64,000 nt of DNA. Source: Lama guanicoe. Its lineage: Eukaryota. The notes beneath the pieces are model-generated. The model was not told where the DNA came from. It was given only the letters and a program-made list of their open reading frames with translations, and made no database searches. This document shows, piece after piece, positions 42,705-54,270 of the stretch. The position numbers were made by a program, and so were the translations under genes. Position 1 is the stretch's first letter; each line of letters starts with the position of its first letter. The DNA lies in the NCBI GenBank assembly GCA_013239625.1, contig MU053482.1, positions 3,015,168 through 3,079,167 on the forward strand, written 5' to 3'.

Positions 42705-42850
42705 TGGCTAGGATTTTAAATCTTAGACTGTTCATTTAAAACGATCAGAACAATGAAAGGATACTTTATAAGGAAAAGGGATAGAATAAGTTGGCAAGCT
42801 AAACATAGAAATCTGAAAGGGACATGATGGGAAGGAAGGCATTTTATTAC

Positions 42851-42960
42851 CTTTTCAGTCTCCAATGTTTTATTTTCAAATATGAATGAGATGCAGTTTC
42901 TAACAACTTCCAATCTCTGTGCACTGTTGAAAACTGTTGTCACCTTATCCATTATTGAAA
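42851..42960 (-). CDS. SBF2: SBF2 coding exon, 110 nt, phase 1-0 (probably exon 15)
   Basis: The first TT completes a GTT codon, then [36 protein letters not shown]. Acceptor ttcctttactAG, donor AAG|GTAATA. Phase matches the previous exon. Confidence 0.96.
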
Positions 42961-45900
42961 CTAGTAAAGGAATATAAGAAAAACACAAATAAATTAAACT
43001 CCTTTGGCAATTATAAAAGCAAGGGGAATATTACTGTTTACACTATATAAGATTGTAACTGTTTACATGACCATAACCTTCATTACATAGTTTTTTTTCC
43101 CCCTTGTTACATGGCAGCAAAGGTACTTTGATTACATTTTTAGGTTTTAAACTGGCAGGCCAGCCTATCCCTTATTGAGGATAACTATAAACGACAGATT
43201 CCAATACTACACTTACCTCTTCTGCAAATTAACTCATATTGCACAGTAAAATTATATTAAGCAAAGGTAAACATCTTTTTTTAACCTTTAATTATAAACA
43301 AATGGAAGAACTGTTACAGGTACAGGATCATGACAAAAGTAGCTAATGCTCATACGTAAGAGGACTACTAACAGAGAAAGAAGTTGATATTTTTAATATA
43401 TTACCAAAGAAAAACCACATACCACAAAAAACAAAGTTCTAAAAATCTGAGTACAGGTGACTTGCAGACGCATTGCACAAAAAGAGAAATGATCATAGCT
43501 AAAGAATTACTTTACAGAATTTGGGAGACTCACTTTTTAGTCTTGTGAACTTAGTACCTGTCATCTTTACCATGATGTTAGATAATTCTATTCTATTACT
43601 TAGGCTAAAATTACTTAAGTAATTAAAAATAAATAAAATTAAAATAAATTTAACTTATTAAAAGAATATTTGAAGGATATAAATAAAAGCAATGTTAAAT
43701 AAAAAGTATAATCTCACAAAGAACTACACTATATCATATGTACAAATGAGGTAGTATCAGTAATTCTTAAGCTGTATATTTTATGGCTGCTCTTGGAATC
43801 AAAAAGCATAATCCCTTCACCTCTCCCACATACCTAACAATAAAGAACACCATCTTACTCTTAGCATCCCTTTCCATCCATCAATACAAAACTTTATATT
43901 CTTCAAATAGTTTTTTAAACTTTAAAACATTTTGAAATAGTTATAAGCTCACAAAAGGTTGCAAATTAGTACAGAGATCCATGCACTCATCAGCCAGCTT
44001 CCCCCAATGGTGCTCTTACATAGCTACAGTACTTCATCAGAATCAGGAAATCAATCTTCCCTGGTTGTTTTTTTTTTTTTTTACCAGTTCTCTTCAAATC
44101 ATTCTTAATAAAGTAACATTAATGACCATGATGATTAAATACATTATTTCACATGACTTTTCTTTCTGAAATGCTTATTCTTAATTTTGGCCTCTGGTGC
44201 TTCCCACACATGTAGGTCAGTGGCAAAAACTGAAATTGAAATTGATCTATATTTAGAGTAGAAAACTTCCTACAGTCTCCAAATAAGACCACATACTTTG
44301 TTGAGAGAGCAACATTTTTAACTTAAATTTATAAACTTTTAATTCTAAAATCTCTTTAGCAGTATTTTAACTTTTCTTTAGGACGAGCCATTTAAAAACC
44401 CGTATCTGCCTAAAATGAGTCTGTTTATCACTTGGGAACTATCTTCCTTTGGTAACTATAACTTAGTTCACTCCCAGAAGAAATCTCTTCACTTAGAGTT
44501 ACTGACATTTCAGGGATTGGCCAAATCCCTGTAGTGGCCTTCTAATACTATCTTTCTAATATTTGACAACAACTCTGGTTTATGGATACTTGACTTCCCA
44601 GAGCTTCCTTTCTAAGACTTTGGCTTTCAAATACTATTTCCAGCCATTCATCATTACTCTGGCCCCTCTGAGGAATCCCTGGAAACTAATTAACTTCTCA
44701 AAATGTGAATGCCTTTTAAGGAGACAGAGCAATTCCACACTCACATTATATATGGGTATCATATAAATTATATGATAATTATAAAACAAGGGAAATCCTG
44801 ATTCTAATCAACCCAAATGAACTAGAAAGTTGAACAGAGGTCCCTGCATTCATCATTCATTCATTCATTCCTTTAGGTTTTACAGGAAGTGCACGCAGGG
44901 CTAAATACTGAGTCATGTGTACCTCTCTGACTGATTACAATGAGACATTCCACATGCATTTAAAGAAAGAATCTGATGTTCACTGCACGTGAAGAAAGTA
45001 AAGAGATTATATAAAAATAATATAGAGACAAGGTTACAATCCAAGCAAATTGTATTTTAAAAAAACTTCTCATCTATTCATGTGGGTATTTAAAGAAAGC
45101 TTTCAACCAGCTTTATATTAAATACTATAAAAATATTAAATAGTAAAGTTACATGAACAAATCCTTCCAAAAATAACTACCCTTTAACATGTCTACTTCT
45201 CCATTCTCTTCTCTATGTGAAAGTACAATCAACGCTTAAGTAAAAGCTGTTAATTCTTAGGAAAATAATGGCAAATTAATACTACTAAATAAATAATAAA
45301 CAATAAATAACATTAACATTACCATACAACATACATGTTAAGAATACAAAAATTATTAACATTACTACATAAATAATTTAAATAATATAATCTGTTAATA
45401 ATAAAATTACACTCACTTCCAGGTACGATGGGACAGTATGTAGCAAACTAAAACTTTCACCAAGAACATTATGAAAGTCAGATAAAATGCAAAGCTATCT
45501 ATTTAAATATATCAGAGTGCTACAGAAGCACAAAGATTAGAAGACTTATAATTCCAGAAAAAAGAAAAGATCAGAGAACTAACTTAACATGCACATCCAC
45601 TTTTCCCTTAAGAGATCTGCCAATACTGGGTACAGACAAGAGGCTGGGAATCTGAATTGGATTCTGGCAGACGGCCAAGTTGACCAACAAAGTTTCTGGT
45701 GAAAGCTGAACCTACAAAAGTGGATGTATGCTATAGTCCCTAGCATAATAAACCTCTAAAAGAACAGTAAACAGACATAAATAACAAGTTAACAGAGATA
45801 AATGATAAATTAAAAAATAGTTCATTAATCCAAAAGAGGGTAAGGAAGCAGGGGAAAATGTAAATCAGAAGGATCAAACAGAAAAAAACCCAGCAAATTA

Positions 45901-46335
45901 CATTAAAGCCATTACTCTATCAGTAACTATAGTTACATAAATGAGATAAATGCAAGTAATACATTAAGATAGTTAAACTGGTTAAAAAAACCCACATGTT
46001 GCTTACAAGAGGCATATCTTAAATATAAGGATCCAGAGTTTGAAAATAAAAGGATAAAAAAAGATAAACACTAACTAAAGGAGGGCTAGTATAGCTATAT
46101 AAACCTCAAAGTTCATCTTACAGCAAGAAGCATAAGTAGACACAAAGAGGGACGTTCCGTAATGATAGAGATCAATCACCAGGATGCTACACTATTTGTA
46201 AATATATCTGTGTCCAATAAATCAATTTCAAAATACATAAAGAAAAGATGAACAGTGAAGTGAGAAACAGGCAATTCTACTTATTATGGGAGACTTTAAC
46301 ACATCTCCCTCAAGAGATAAAGAATAAGAGAGATA

Positions 46336-46473
46336 GGGGAGGAGGGTATAGCTCGAGTGGTAGAGTGCATGCTTAGCATGCATGAGGTCCTGGGTTCAAT
46401 CCCCAGTACCTCCTCTGAAAATAAATAACCTAACTACCTTCCTCCCACCAAAAAAAAAAAAACAAGAAAAGAA
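46336..46473 (+). mobile_element. tRNA-derived SINE, Vic-1-like (camelid)
   Basis: A box tatagctcgagtggtag, B box ggttcaatccc, aacctaactacc body end and A-rich tail. Perfect 17-bp TSD aaagaataagagagata (46319-46335, 46474-46490). Confidence 0.9.
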
Positions 46474-46504
46474 AAAGAATAAGAGAGATAAAAATCAGTA
46501 AAGA

Positions 46505-47395
46505 AAGATAACCCACAGAATGGGAAAAATATTTGCAAATCATGTATCTGATAAGGGACAGGTATACAGAATATAAGGACAATTCTTAAACAAAAAGACT
46601 AACAGCTCAACTTAAAAATGGGCAAAGGATCTGAATAGACAGACATTTTTCCAGGGGAGATACAAATATGGTCAAGAGGCACGCAAAAAGATACTCTACA
46701 TCAAGTAAGTGAATGTGAAGAAATCAGAATGCCCATACACTGCTGGTGGGAATGTAAAATGGTGCAACTGCTTTGGGAAACAGTGTGGCAGTTCCTTAAA
46801 ACATTAAATACAGACTTACTGTATGGCCTGACAATTCCACACCTAATATATACCAGAGAGAACTAAAAACATGTCCGCACAAAAACTCATACATGAATGC
46901 TCACAGCAGTGCTATCAACAGTAGCCAAAAAGTAGAAACAATCCAAGTGTCCATCAACTGATGAATGGGTAACAAAATGTGATATATACCCATACAATGG
47001 AGTATTATTCAGCCATAAAAAGCAAAGAAGTACTGATACATGCTACATGGACGAACTTTGAAAATATGCCAAATGAAAGAAGCCAATCACAAAAGATCAA
47101 ATACTGTATGATTCCATTTATTTATATAAAATGTCTAGAATAGGCAAATCTACAAAGACAGAAAGTAGATTACTGCCTAAAGCTGGGAAAGGAGTGGTTT
47201 TGGAGGGGAAATGGGAAGTGACTGCTAGTGGGAATGTGTTTCTACTTGGGGTAATGAAAATGTTCTGAAATTAGACAGTGAAAATGGCTGCACAACTCTG
47301 AATATACTAAAAACCACTGAATTGTATACTTCACAAGTGTGACTTTTACAGTATGTGAATTATATTATATCTCAATATAGTTTTTATTTTTAAAA
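46505..47395 (+). mobile_element. L1 (L1MB-like) ORF2 end and 3' UTR, next to older L1 sequence at ~45400-46500
   Basis: cccacagaatgggaaaaatatttgcaaatcatgtatctgataaggg...gtgaaaatggctgcacaactctgaatatactaaaaaccactgaattgtatact. Confidence 0.88.
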
Positions 47396-47605
47396 GAAGG
47401 TTCTATAGTGGCAGTAGTCAGGTTAATTAATGGTTACCCTCGTGAGAGGCAGTGACTGGAACAGTGCTTCTGCGTATTGATAATGCTGATTCTGGTTACA
47501 TGAATTTGTTCACTTTGTGAAAATTCCTTAAGTTATGCATTTTTGTTTTTGTGTCTGATATCTTGATAGGAGGTTTACTTTTAAAATAAACAGACAAATA
47601 CATAC

Positions 47606-47810
47606 CAACAGGTGGACCTGCAGGCACAACACATTTCTTTTCCACTCGTGAAGCAGGAGGAGCATTCTGGTTCTTAGCAAGATTTTCCTGTATTAATTCC
47701 TGTACCCGAGTTTCATTAATCTTTGGGAAAGGAAGAATATGAACTCGCAAGTGGGATCCTTCTGTTGGTCGTGGAACTTTCTGGAATGCCATATGAGGGT
47801 TTGGATTCTC
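47606..47810 (-). CDS. SBF2: SBF2 coding exon, 205 nt, phase 0-1 (probably exon 14)
   Basis: Translates [68 protein letters not shown] plus one G. Acceptor attacAG, donor TTG|GTATGT. Confidence 0.96.
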
Positions 47811-47929
47811 CTGTAATATCAAACATAGGTAAAATTATTCAAAAGTTAAAATAACAATGGCAGATGGTTGGCCAGAGGGGCAGAAATAGTAATCAGACAT
47901 GAGTGATTGTACATACATTCAGATCTTAC

Positions 47930-49165
47930 TTATATGATCCTTCAGCAACGTCTGATACAGCCAGTCATTCTTTTTCCTCTTCAATGAACACTTTCTTCAC
48001 TTGCTTTCTAGGTCTTCTTGCTACATCTTTGTCTATTTTTCATTTTCGTAACCTCTTAGCTATGAGAATATCCTAGGGCTCAGACCAGAGGACTCTTTGC
48101 TATTTACATTTACCTTCTTAGCGATAACCTCCAGTCTCTATTTTTAAACCACAAAAATACCATTTCACAAAATTTTATCTCCAACTAAGCTTCCTCCTTA
48201 ACTCTATACCCATATATTCAACCACCTGCACATAGTATTCTCATATGGAATTAAAATAACCATCTTAAATATATGTCCAAAACGGAGCACTTAATATTCA
48301 CCTCCTCCAAATCTGCTTTCCACAGTCTTCCCCACTTCAGAAAGTGCCATATTTGTTTTTCCAATCATTCAGGTGAAGAGCTTAGAGTAATCCTTAAAGC
48401 CTTTCTCTCACACCCAATTATCATTCCTTTGCAAACCTTTTGGATTTTGCCTTTAAAAAACATTTATAACCTGACCACTTTTCAACACCACCTTGATTCA
48501 AGCCAACATGTCTCATACTACTACAGAACAATAGTCTTCTAACTGGTCTCCCTGCTTCCAACCTTGCTCCCACCCTCACTCTATTCTTAACTCTGTGCAG
48601 ACAGAGTGACCTAGTTAAAAGTATGTCAAATCATTACTTAACTACTCTGTTTATTCAAGTAGCTCTTCACCTCATTCAGAGCAAAACCCAAAGCTGTTAC
48701 AATAATTTACAAGATCTAGCTTCTTTATATGACTGTGTCCTACTGCTGTTTCCTTCATTCATTCTGCTCCTGCTCCTACACAGGACTTCTTGTTCCTGCC
48801 TCAAGGCCTTAGCACATAACTGCTCCCTCGGCCTGGAATGCCTGCCCCCCCCCCCAATTTGTGTAGCATCTTCTCTCCATTCCTTCATTTCTTTGATCAA
48901 ATGGTACCTTTTTGGGGGCCACCCTATCAAAACTTATAGCCTTCAACACAGTCCCTATCCCCCTTATTATATTTTCCTCTTTAGCACTTATCACCTTCTC
49001 ACATACTATAAATTCCATTTATTTTTTTTATTGTCTATCTCTCATTAAAATGAAGCTCTGTGAGGATGGACATTTTGGCCAATTAAAAAACATTTTTTAT
49101 GCCTTGCTGTGTACGTACTGCATCGAGAAAGTGCCTGACACCTAGTAGGCACCCTAGACTACTTC
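47930..49165 (+). mobile_element. L2 element 3' part
   Basis: Pyrimidine-rich L2 motifs: tctaactggtctccctgcttcc, ggcctggaatgcc, aaaatgaagctctgtgagg, gtgcctgacacctagtaggcac. Confidence 0.8.
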
Positions 49166-49730
49166 CTACCATATCCCGATAAGTGGGACACAATGGTGAA
49201 CACATATTAGGATTGTAATGTTTGAATTAAATGTGTCAGCTACTACTTTCACAGACCCTTAGGGTTGGTATGGACTTTTATCCAGCCACCTACTTAAGTA
49301 GAATTATATTTCAAATACTACAGGCAGAGTGGAATCCATTCTTTTCATAAAGTTCGCTAAAGAAGGTTGCTTTGCAACCATTTTTTGACCAATTCCAGCA
49401 TTTATCATCCTTTGCAACAAGAAAATTTCTTTTTCCCCCTGAAACTGTGTCATTCATGCTGTAGGTTAAGCCCAATACTGCCCGACACATTCTCTGGACA
49501 CTTAAAAAGGCCAACTAGCATCATCTACTAGAGCTGCTCCCCACAATTCTTTTAGGTTATTTGGCCCAGATCCAGATAAAGGAAAGGCTGGATCACGGGA
49601 GATGATACAGGCAGCATGTCTCAGCAACACAATGGCAATAATACTACTTTAAGTGTCAGAAAGCCTGGGCTCTAGTTTTTGCTCTACTCATTCTGTGATT
49701 CTGGATAAATAACTTTGCCTAAGGTGTATA

Positions 49731-50229
49731 CAGGCATATCTCATTTTATTGTGCTTCACTTTACTGTGCATTGTAGATACTGCGTTTTCCACAAACTGAA
49801 GGTTTGTGGCAACCCTGTGTCGAACACATCTACTGGTGCCATTTTTCCAACAGTATTTGCTCACTTTGTGTATGTATGTCATGTTTTGGTAATTCTCACA
49901 ATATTTCAAAACTTTTTCATCATTATTATTATACTTGTATAGTGAGCTGTGATCAGGGATCTTTGACATTTCTATTGTAAAAAAAAAACTATGACTTGCT
50001 GAAGGTTCAAATAATGGTTAGCATTTTTTAGCAAAAAACTATTTTTACATTAAGGTATGTACTTTTTTTTTAGACATAAATGGTATTGCACACTTAACTA
50101 TATTATAGGGTAAACACAACTCTTACATGCAATAGGAAACCAAAAAATTTGTGTGACTCACTTTATTGTGACATTAGCTTTATTGTGGTGGTCTGGAATT
50201 GAACCTGCAATATCTCTGAGGTCTGCCTG
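49731..50229 (+). mobile_element. Internally deleted Tigger1 (TcMar-Tigger) non-autonomous DNA transposon
   Basis: Terminal inverted repeats caggcatatctc / gaggtctgcctg. TA TSDs at 49729-49730 and 50230-50231. Tigger1 left and right ends join near 49980, with no transposase. Confidence 0.9.
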
Positions 50230-50757
50230 TACTTACGCTTCTCTTAAATGTTCCAGAGAAGGTGAAACCAACTTGTTCTTGCCAAAACAGCCCTCATACA
50301 CACTTTATATTTTCCTGTTATAGCTTTAGCAAAGACAGGGAAAAATAAGCAAATTTCTATGCCAAGTCTTCACGATCACCACTTTCTAAACTGTATGTTG
50401 AAAAAAACAGTTCTAAAATTATGCCTGGATTAACATCAACCTCACTGGTCTGGAGTTTCTGAAATTGCCCTTTTCCAAAAGCAGTATGTTTGCTTTTCTC
50501 TGTTTTTTAGGCACAATATCTAAGATATCTCCTCTTCTTAAAAGTTATCAGTATCAATTATCTAAAACTCATTAGGCAGATATTTCTTTCAGGCTGGGGA
50601 GGTAATTCAAGTGGATTTTGAGTTCTGAATCCAAAAAATCATTTAAAGTATACTCTTCACTATTTCTGTTTCTATTTATACTTATTTTCTTTACAATAAA
50701 TATTAAAACTTTAAATATATTTCCCATGATGTAAATAATATTCATTAAAAAAATTTT

Positions 50758-50881
50758 TTTGGGGGGGTAGCAATTAGGATTGTTTGTTTGTTTGTTTGTT
50801 TTAATGTAGGTACTGGGGACTGAACCCAGCACATCATGCATACTAGGCATGCACTTTACCACTGAGCTACACCCTCCGCCC
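50758..50881 (-). mobile_element. tRNA-derived SINE, Vic-1-like
   Basis: Minus strand gggcggagggtgtagctcagtggtaaagtgcatgcctagtatgcatgatgtgctgggttcagtccccagtacc. Approximate TSD cattaaaa(t)aaatttt. Confidence 0.88.
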
Positions 50882-51220
50882 ATTAAAATAAATTTTAAAA
50901 CATGGAAAAGTAAAAGTAGAAAATAAATCTTAGTGATACTGGTATCTTTTCTAGCTATATTCTCTCTCTCTCTTCTTTATACTCTTCTATCTTGTTTCTA
51001 AAATGACTTAAGGTGGTTTAGGGACAAAGGATACACCACACACACATACTGACTGCTCCTAGTCAAAATCCTGTAATGTGACAAGTTCATCCTAAACTTT
51101 ATAAGGAAGAACAAAGGTCCAAAAATAGTTTAGGCAATTCGGAAGAAGAGTAAATGGAGAAGTCAAACTTTCCAGATAACAAACCTTATATAAACCTTTA
51201 ATATAAAACAGTATGATAAC

Positions 51221-53896
51221 ACAACCACACAAAATTTATGGGACACAGCAAAGGCAGTGCTAAGAGGGAAGTTTACAGCGATACAGGCCTTCCTCAAAAA
51301 AAGAAGAACAATCTCAAATAAACAATCTAACCCACCAGCTAAAAGAATTAGAAAAAGAACAGCAAAACCCCCCAAGGCAGCAGAAGGAAGGTAATAAAAA
51401 AGATCAGGGAGAAAATAAATAAAATAGAGATTAAAAAAAAAACATAGAAAAAAATAAATCAAACCAAAAGCTGGGTTTTTGAAAAAGTAAATAAAATTGA
51501 CAAACCTCTGGCCAAACTCACAAAGAAGAAAAAAGAGCACAAACAAGCAAAATAAGAAAGGAAAATGGAGAAATTACAACAAATAACATAGAAATACAGC
51601 ATATCATATGAGAACATTATGAAAAACTATATGGAGCCAAAATGGATAACCTAGATGACATGGACAAATTTCTGGAAACATACAGTCCACCAAGATTGAA
51701 CCAAGAAGAAACTGACCACTTGAACAAACAGGTCCCTAGAAATGAAATTGAATTAGCAATTAAAAAAAACCTCCCTAGAAATAAAAGTCCAGGACCGGAT
51801 GGCTTCACCGGGGAATTCTACCAAACATACAAAGAAGAACTCATATCAGTCCTTCTCAAACTCTTCCAGAAGACTGAAAAGGAGGAGATACTCCCAAAAT
51901 CATTCTATGAAGCCACCATTACCCTGATACCAAAACCAGGCAAAGACACTATCAAAAAACAGAATTATAGGCCAATATCACTGATGAACATAGATGCAAA
52001 AATCCTCACCAAAATATCAGCAAATAGAATCCAACAGCACGTAAAAAAGATTATACATCATGACCAAGTGGGGTTCATCCCAGGGACACAAGGCTGGTTC
52101 AACATACGCAAATCAATCAATGTAATACATCACATCAACAAGAGAAAGGACAAAAACCACATGATCATCTCAACAGATGCAGAAAAAGCATTTGCTAAAA
52201 TTCAACACCCATTTATGATAAAAACTCACCAAAGTGGGTATATAGGGAACATATCTCAACATAATAAAAGCTATATATGACAAACCTACAGAGTTTTTCA
52301 ATGGTGAAAAACTCAAAGGCTTTCCACTAAAATCTGAGACAAGACAGAGCTGCCCACTATCACCACTCCTATTCAACATAGTCTTGGAAGTCCTAGCCAC
52401 AGCAATCAGGCAAGAGAGAGAAATAAAAGGGGTCCGAATTGGAAAAGAAGAGGTAAAAGTGTCACTATAAGCAGATGACATGATACCATATATAGAAAAC
52501 CCTAAAAGGTCCACACAAAAACTACTAGAGCTGATTGAAGAATTCAGCAACGTAGCAGGTTACAAGATTAATGTTCAAAAATCAGTGGCATTTCTTTACA
52601 CTAACGATGAATCAACATAAGAAGAAAGTAAAGAAGCAATCCCCTTTAAAATAGCACCCATAGTAATAAAATACCTAGGAGTAAATCTAACCAAGGAAGT
52701 GAAAGAATTACACACAGAAAACGATAAACCATTGATGAAGGAAATTAAAGAAGACTTTAAAAAGTGGAAAGATATCCCATGCTCTTGGATTGGAAGAATC
52801 AATATTGTTAAAATGGTCACACTGCCCAAGGCAATCTACAGATTTAATGCAATCCCTATCCAATTACCCAGGACATATTTCACAGAACTAGAACAAATCA
52901 TAATAAAATTTACATGGAACCATCAAAGACCTAGAATTGCCAAAGCATTACTGAAGAAAAAGAAAGAGGCTGGAGGAATAACTCTCCCAGACTTCAGACA
53001 ATACTACAGAGCTATAGTCATCACGACAGCATGGTATTGGTACAAAAACAGACATATGGACCAATGGAACAGAATAGAGAACCCAGAAATGAACCCACAA
53101 ACTTTTGGTCAACTAATCTTGGACAAAGGAGGCAAGAATATACAATGGAATAAAGACAGTCTCTTCAGCAAATGGTGTTGGGAAAACTGGACAGCAGCAT
53201 GTAAAGCAATGAAGCTAGAACACTCCCTTACACCATACACAAAAACAATTTCAAAATGGATCAAAGACAAACATAAGACAAGATACGATAAACTTCCTAG
53301 AAGAAAATACAGGCAAAACATTATCTCACATACATCTCAAAAATGTTCTCCTAGGACAGTCTACCCAAGCAATAGAAATAAAAGCAAGAATAAACAAATG
53401 GGACCTAATGAAACTTACAAGCTTCTGCAGAGCAAAGGAAACCAAACAATGGAATACTATTCAGCCATAAACCCTGACAACATAATGCCATTTGCAACAA
53501 CATGGATTTTCCTGGAGAATGTCATTCTAAGTGAAGTAAGCCAGAAAGAGAAAGAAAAATACCGTATGAGATCGCTCATATGTGGAATCTTAAAAAACAA
53601 AAACAAAAACAACCATAAATACAAAACAGAAACAGATTCATAGACACAGAATACAACCTTGTGGTTGCCAAGGGGGTGGAGGGGTGGGAAGGGACAGATT
53701 GGGATTTCAAAATGTGGAACAGATAAACAAGATTATACCGTAAAGCAAAGGGAAATATATACAAGATCTTATGGTAGCTCACAGAGAAAAAACTGTGACA
53801 ATAAATATATATATGTTCCCTTATAACTGAAAAGTTGTGCTCTACAATGGAAACTGACACAACATTGTAAAATGACTATAACTCAATAAAAAATAT
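51221..53896 (+). mobile_element. Young 5'-truncated L1 with reverse-transcriptase region of ORF2; inactivated; internal deletion
   Basis: ORFs 51642-52280 ([29 protein letters not shown]) and 52699-53643. The YADD codon region reads taa-gca-gat-gac (Y to stop) near 52468. 19-bp TSD tataaaa(c/a)agtatgataac at 51202-51220 and 53897-53915. Confidence 0.95.
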
Positions 53897-54074
53897 TATA
53901 AAAAAGTATGATAACTGGTATTAATAAAGGGTTAAAAGGGCTAATGGAATAGAGAAGCCCAGAAATAGGACTATGTGTGAAAATGTGACAGAAACTGGTG
54001 GCATTATAATCTGAGAAAGAAAGGTTAGACAATTCAGTGGAAGAAGATAATACAACAAACTATTTCTAGTTCAT

Positions 54075-54270
54075 GGTCTCTGACATCAGACCATGTAGGT
54101 CAAATCCTAGCTTAGCCATTTACTAGTAGTGTGACCTGGTGCAGGTTCAATTCATTTACCACTTGTGCTCTAGTTTCCTCATCTGTAATGAAGATATTAA
54201 CATAGTACCTGCTTCATCAGGCTCTTGTGAAGGTAGAACAAATTGTTACAGGAAAGCTTTAGAACACACA
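54075..54270 (+). mobile_element. MIR SINE
   Basis: ggtcaaatcctagcttagccatttactagtagtgtgacct...agtttcctcatctgtaa...agtacctgcttcat. Confidence 0.75.

Noticed and set aside
46336..46415. tRNA gene (also 50805-50881)
   Set aside because: The tRNA-like head is followed by a SINE body, an A tail and a TSD, so it is a SINE.
48273..49145. Several overlapping ORFs up to 141 aa
   Set aside because: They lie in a degraded L2 element and look like chance ORFs.
51642..53643. 212-aa and 314-aa reverse-transcriptase-like ORFs as an active or novel RT gene
   Set aside because: They are pieces of a 5'-truncated L1 ORF2 with frameshifts, a stop at the YADD tyrosine and an internal deletion.
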